Shown here: positions 60,815 to 64,000 of the stretch, piece by piece
Numbering within the stretch: the first letter of the stretch is position 1
Layout of the letters: each line of letters begins with the position of its first letter
DNA from: an uncultured Verrucomicrobiae bacterium
GTDB lineage: Bacteria; Verrucomicrobiota; Verrucomicrobiia; Chthoniobacterales; UBA10450
DNA: 64,000 nt
Direction: 5' to 3'
NCBI GenBank assembly: GCA_963801815.1
Contig: CAWDGJ010000003.1
Location: forward strand, 672,001 to 736,000
Position numbers and translations under genes: made by a program
The notes under the pieces: generated by a model
Databases searched by the model: none
What the model was told of the DNA's origin: nothing
Seen by the model: only the letters and a program-made list of their open reading frames with translations

Positions 60815-60838
60815 GCGGAAGAAGGCGATGAAATCGCT

Positions 60839-61360
60839 TTAAATCAGGCCACGTTTGCGGAAGTCGCCGATGTTGCCTCCGCTCGAGCGCTCGATCATGT
60901 CGATGGTGAATTTGAGGAGACAAACTTCCCAGGCGTCGTCGACTCCTTGAATCACCGCGCTGAGGGCATCATCGCGATGTTGAACGTGGGACTTCGTTCG
61001 CTCGATCACTGATTCGATCGGGTCGCGAAACATTTGTTCGGTGACATCGGTTTTGCGAAATTGAAAACCGTAGCGGAGCACCGCGAAACTTTGTGCGCGC
61101 TCGCGGAGTTGATCGGCATAACGTTGCGCTTTCTCGCCAAAGCCTTCGAGCAAAAGGCGGCTCAAATGATCGGGCGTTAGAATTTGTGGACGATCAGCGT
61201 GAATTTTCCCGTCGCGAACGCGAACTTCATTCGCGCGATCCATCAGTTCGGAGATCAGGTAAAAGCGAAAGCTGGTTGTGCCGAAGGTTGCGATCTTTCG
61301 TTCGGGGGCGAGGATCACCTGCGTGTTTTCAATCGCGTATTGAAAATCGTCTTCCTTCAT
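60839..61360 (-). CDS. Conserved hypothetical protein
   Basis: YAIENT, TFG.T.F.FYLISELMD, GVDDAWEVCLLKF. Confidence 0.75.
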   Translation of the reverse strand: MKEDDFQYAIENTQVILAPERKIATFGTTSFRFYLISELMDRANEVRVRDGKIHADRPQILTPDHLSRLLLEGFGEKAQRYADQLRERAQSFAVLRYGFQFRKTDVTEQMFRDPIESVIERTKSHVQHRDDALSAVIQGVDDAWEVCLLKFTIDMIERSSGGNIGDFRKRGLI

Positions 61361-61370
61361 TTGGACGAGA

Positions 61371-61427
61371 AGGTAGCGGCGATTGACCTCAATCGCCAGC
61401 GGGCGGTTTGGTGAACCGCCCTTACCT
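61371..61427. repeat. GTAG-type REP doublet
   Basis: aggtagcggcgattgacctcaatcgcc + gggcggtttggtgaaccgcccttacct. Confidence 0.75.
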
Positions 61428-61471
61428 CGCCTTGGTTAACAGCGGCTTCAGTTCGCCTCGATGGCAATCTT

Positions 61472-61500
61472 GAACTCGACCGATGGCATCGGTCGAGTTC
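61472..61500. repeat. Perfect 14-bp inverted repeat (terminator or REP)
   Basis: gaactcgaccgatg-g-catcggtcgagttc. Confidence 0.7.
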
Positions 61501-61556
61501 TGTAGGCCTTTTGATTTTGCGAGGCTTGAAAGCCGGTGTTGGTGAGACGCCGTTAC

Positions 61557-62507
61557 CTAGTCAAGTGCCGACGCTTCGAAGGCGCAGCTGTCGATCTCGC
61601 GAACGCGAGCGGATCGCCAGCGCAGGACAGCTTCGGCGGTAAAAATCGCGAGTGCGATCCAGATGAGAATGAACGTGACCAGATGGCCGCGGGTGAACGG
61701 TTCGTGAAAAAGAAAAACGCCGACAAAAAACGAACCAATGGGCGAGAGATATTGAAGGAACCCGACTGTGATCAGGCGAAGATGCCGGGTCGCGTAGCCG
61801 AACCAGAAGAGCGGCACCGCAGTGACAACGCCAGTGCTGACGAGCAGGATCGACAGCCACCAGCCGGTGCGGCCAAACACAAGCATGCCCGAGTGTTGAA
61901 GATAAAGGAGGAAAACGATCGCGAATGGAAGAAGCAGGATCGTCTCGATGAACAGACCTGGAATGGCCGCAGTGCCGGATTTTTTGCGGAGTAACCCGTA
62001 AAGTCCGAATGAAACGCAGAGCAAGACTGCGATCCACGGAAATTTTCCGTAACCAAACGTGAGATTCAAAACTCCGAGCAGGGCAAGCAAAACGGAGATG
62101 AGCTGCAATCGGGTGAGGCGTTCGCGGAGGAAAAGCGCGCCGAAGAGAACGTTCATGAGTGGCGTCATGAAATAGCCGAGGCTGGTCTCAACGATGTGAC
62201 CGATGTTTACCGCCCAGATGAAAACAAACCAGTTACAACTGATGGCAACGCCACCGGTCAGACAATAAATCAGCGCCTGACGCGATCGAATATAGCCAAT
62301 GACCTCACTCCAGCGCTGCTGCCAGCAGAGCACGAGCGAAAGAAAAACCGTCGTCCAGACAAAACGATGGGCCAGGATCTCAGTCGCGGGGACAGCAATC
62401 AGCAATTTCCAGTAAACTGGAATCAAGCCCCAACTGGTGAAGCAGGCGATGCCGGCGATAAGCCCCAGCGTTTCTTGAGGCTTGGTCGAATCATTTCTCG
62501 AGGACAT
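61557..62507 (-). CDS. rarD: EamA family transporter RarD
   Basis: WG..P.YWK, EILAHR, SLGYF..P, YGLLRK, QY.SP. Confidence 0.9.
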   Translation of the reverse strand: MSSRNDSTKPQETLGLIAGIACFTSWGLIPVYWKLLIAVPATEILAHRFVWTTVFLSLVLCWQQRWSEVIGYIRSRQALIYCLTGGVAISCNWFVFIWAVNIGHIVETSLGYFMTPLMNVLFGALFLRERLTRLQLISVLLALLGVLNLTFGYGKFPWIAVLLCVSFGLYGLLRKKSGTAAIPGLFIETILLLPFAIVFLLYLQHSGMLVFGRTGWWLSILLVSTGVVTAVPLFWFGYATRHLRLITVGFLQYLSPIGSFFVGVFLFHEPFTRGHLVTFILIWIALAIFTAEAVLRWRSARVREIDSCAFEASALD

Positions 62508-62544
62508 CGAGCGTTGCTATTTCACGAAAAGCAACAGTGAGCAA

Positions 62545-62638
62545 GGTGGATCGGCCGCTCCGCGGGCGATGTTTAATTTATTGGCGGCCAAAGGTCGCGA
62601 TTAGGTTTTAACATCGAGCGCGGAGCGCTCGATCCATC
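62545..62638. repeat. Second copy of the GTGG REP doublet found at the RAYT locus
   Basis: Left arm identical over 27 nt to 49738; right arm nearly identical; spacer different. Confidence 0.88.
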
Positions 62639-62640
62639 AA

Positions 62641-63240
62641 CTATTTTTGCGGGGCTTGCGGCACCAGCGACTTGTAAGCGCCGTAACCTTCCTTGTCCAT
62701 GTCCTCAACCGCAACAAAATGGAGAGCGGCGGAGTTCACGGCGTAGCGTTGCCCGGTCGGGGACGTTGGGTCGGGAATCAAATGCCCTAGATGCGCGTCG
62801 CTTCGTTTGGCGCGCACTTCAATTCGGTGCATGTCGTAGGAATTGTCGTCCCGTTGGACGATCAAATCGTTTGAGATCGGTTTACTAAAAGTGGGACGGC
62901 CGGTTTGGCCGTCGAATTTATCAGCGGAAGAAAAAAGGGGCTCCCCCGTGATGACATCGACATAAATTCCAGGAAGAGTGTTGTCCCAGAGTTTATTTTT
63001 GAACGCGGTCTCGGTGCCGTTTTCACGCGTGATGCGATACTCGTCGGCAGTAAGGCGCCTGCGTAAAGTCGCGTCGTCCGGTACCGGCCGGTTGGGATCA
63101 AATCCGGTTACCTGCTTGACCGCGCTGTGAGCGAAAAGAACCAGATAAACGATTCCCCCGATCGCCAAAATGGCGACAATGATCCCGATAGTCAGGCTTA
63201 CGCGTGAGGTGTCATCGCTCTGGATTCGACCGCCGTTCAT
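62641..63240 (-). CDS. Membrane-anchored MsrB-like protein lacking the catalytic Cys
   Basis: GTE, GIYVD..TGEPLF, R.EV, HLGH present, but RYAVNS replaces RYCINS; no Cys in the ORF. Confidence 0.85.
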   Translation of the reverse strand: MNGGRIQSDDTSRVSLTIGIIVAILAIGGIVYLVLFAHSAVKQVTGFDPNRPVPDDATLRRRLTADEYRITRENGTETAFKNKLWDNTLPGIYVDVITGEPLFSSADKFDGQTGRPTFSKPISNDLIVQRDDNSYDMHRIEVRAKRSDAHLGHLIPDPTSPTGQRYAVNSAALHFVAVEDMDKEGYGAYKSLVPQAPQK

Positions 63241-63365
63241 CTACGCCTCGGCCAAACAGTGAATCAGAAAAGCGCAGGCGGCGTCACTCTTTTTTTTGAA
63301 CACGAAGCCGAATCCGGAAAGACATTACCGGGTCCCGCAATTGCCGAAACGCCGGACCCGCGCTC

Positions 63366-63998
63366 TTACTTTTTGTTTTCGAAAAGCGGCAGGAATTGTC
63401 CGTAGCCTTCTTCCTTCAACTTCTCGACTGGAATGAAGCGCAACGCGGCGGAATTGATGCAATATCGCAGACCGCCTTTGTCCGTCGGGCCGTCGTCGAA
63501 GACGTGCCCAAGATGGGAATCGCTCTTGTCACTTCGGACTTCGGTCCGTTCCATCCCGAAAGCGCTATCCGTCTTTTCGGTGACGTGGCCATTTTCGATC
63601 GGTTTAGTGAAACTTGGCCAACCGCTGCCGCTGTCGAATTTGTCGAGCGAAGTAAAGAGAGGCTCGCCGCTGACAACATCGACGTAAATGCCAGCGCGAT
63701 GATTGTCCCAATATTCGTTTCGGAACGGCGGCTCGGTGCCGCATTGCTGGGTCACATGATATTGTTCGGGCGTCAGTTTCTTCTTCAACTCGTCGGCCGA
63801 AGGTTTGTTGGACGCTTGGTTAGTGGATGATGGCGTAGTCATAGAGGTCGATGGGGTGGGCGAAACGCTCGGAGCCTGGCCGCGCGCGCGGTTGAGAAAA
63901 ATCAAAACGCCGAGCAACGCGACAAAAATGATCGCGCAGAAAAGCAACATTCCCCGCGGGGAAGGGGCCGGGCGTTTTGGAAGCTGAATCACTTGCAA
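63366..63998 (-). CDS. msrB: Peptide methionine-R-sulfoxide reductase with N-terminal signal/TM; start uncertain
   Basis: [32 protein letters not shown]. Confidence 0.93.
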   Translation of the reverse strand: MQVIQLPKRPAPSPRGMLLFCAIIFVALLGVLIFLNRARGQAPSVSPTPSTSMTTPSSTNQASNKPSADELKKKLTPEQYHVTQQCGTEPPFRNEYWDNHRAGIYVDVVSGEPLFTSLDKFDSGSGWPSFTKPIENGHVTEKTDSAFGMERTEVRSDKSDSHLGHVFDDGPTDKGGLRYCINSAALRFIPVEKLKEEGYGQFLPLFENKK

Positions 63999-64000
63999 AA

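Noticed and set aside
62740..62742. Selenocysteine in the MsrB paralogue
   Set aside because: The codon is GCC (Ala), not TGA.

Overview
Gene-dense bacterial chromosome segment (about 70 CDS); I saw no rRNA, tRNA or CRISPR. Gene content and repeat style suggest a soil Verrucomicrobiota (Chthoniobacterales / Ca. Udaeobacter-like) genome, which is an inference. Most genes are accessory metabolism, transport, redox or stress genes: vanadium haloperoxidase, DEAD-box helicase/RRM/desaturase, POT and OPT transporters, RND efflux, Dps, non-heme chloroperoxidase, ClC, lipA and two msrB paralogues. Many genes carry single-base frameshifts typical of long-read assembly error. Highlights: (1) a ~100-bp palindromic element inserted in frame in a DUF899 gene, with a second, structurally covarying intergenic copy; (2) an AhpD/CMD-like gene split by an in-frame UGA in a CxxU motif, followed by a SECIS-like hairpin (probable selenoprotein); (3) a Cys-free, membrane-anchored MsrB paralogue next to an intact MsrB; (4) a RAYT transposase flanked by GTGG REP hairpins, with a distant REP doublet copy and several other palindromic repeat families; (5) pervasive 7-8-nt tandem repeats that are purine-rich on the + strand regardless of gene direction, often start at stop codons and sometimes lie inside coding sequence; (6) candidate structured RNAs in a cold-adaptation-like helicase-RRM-desaturase cluster.
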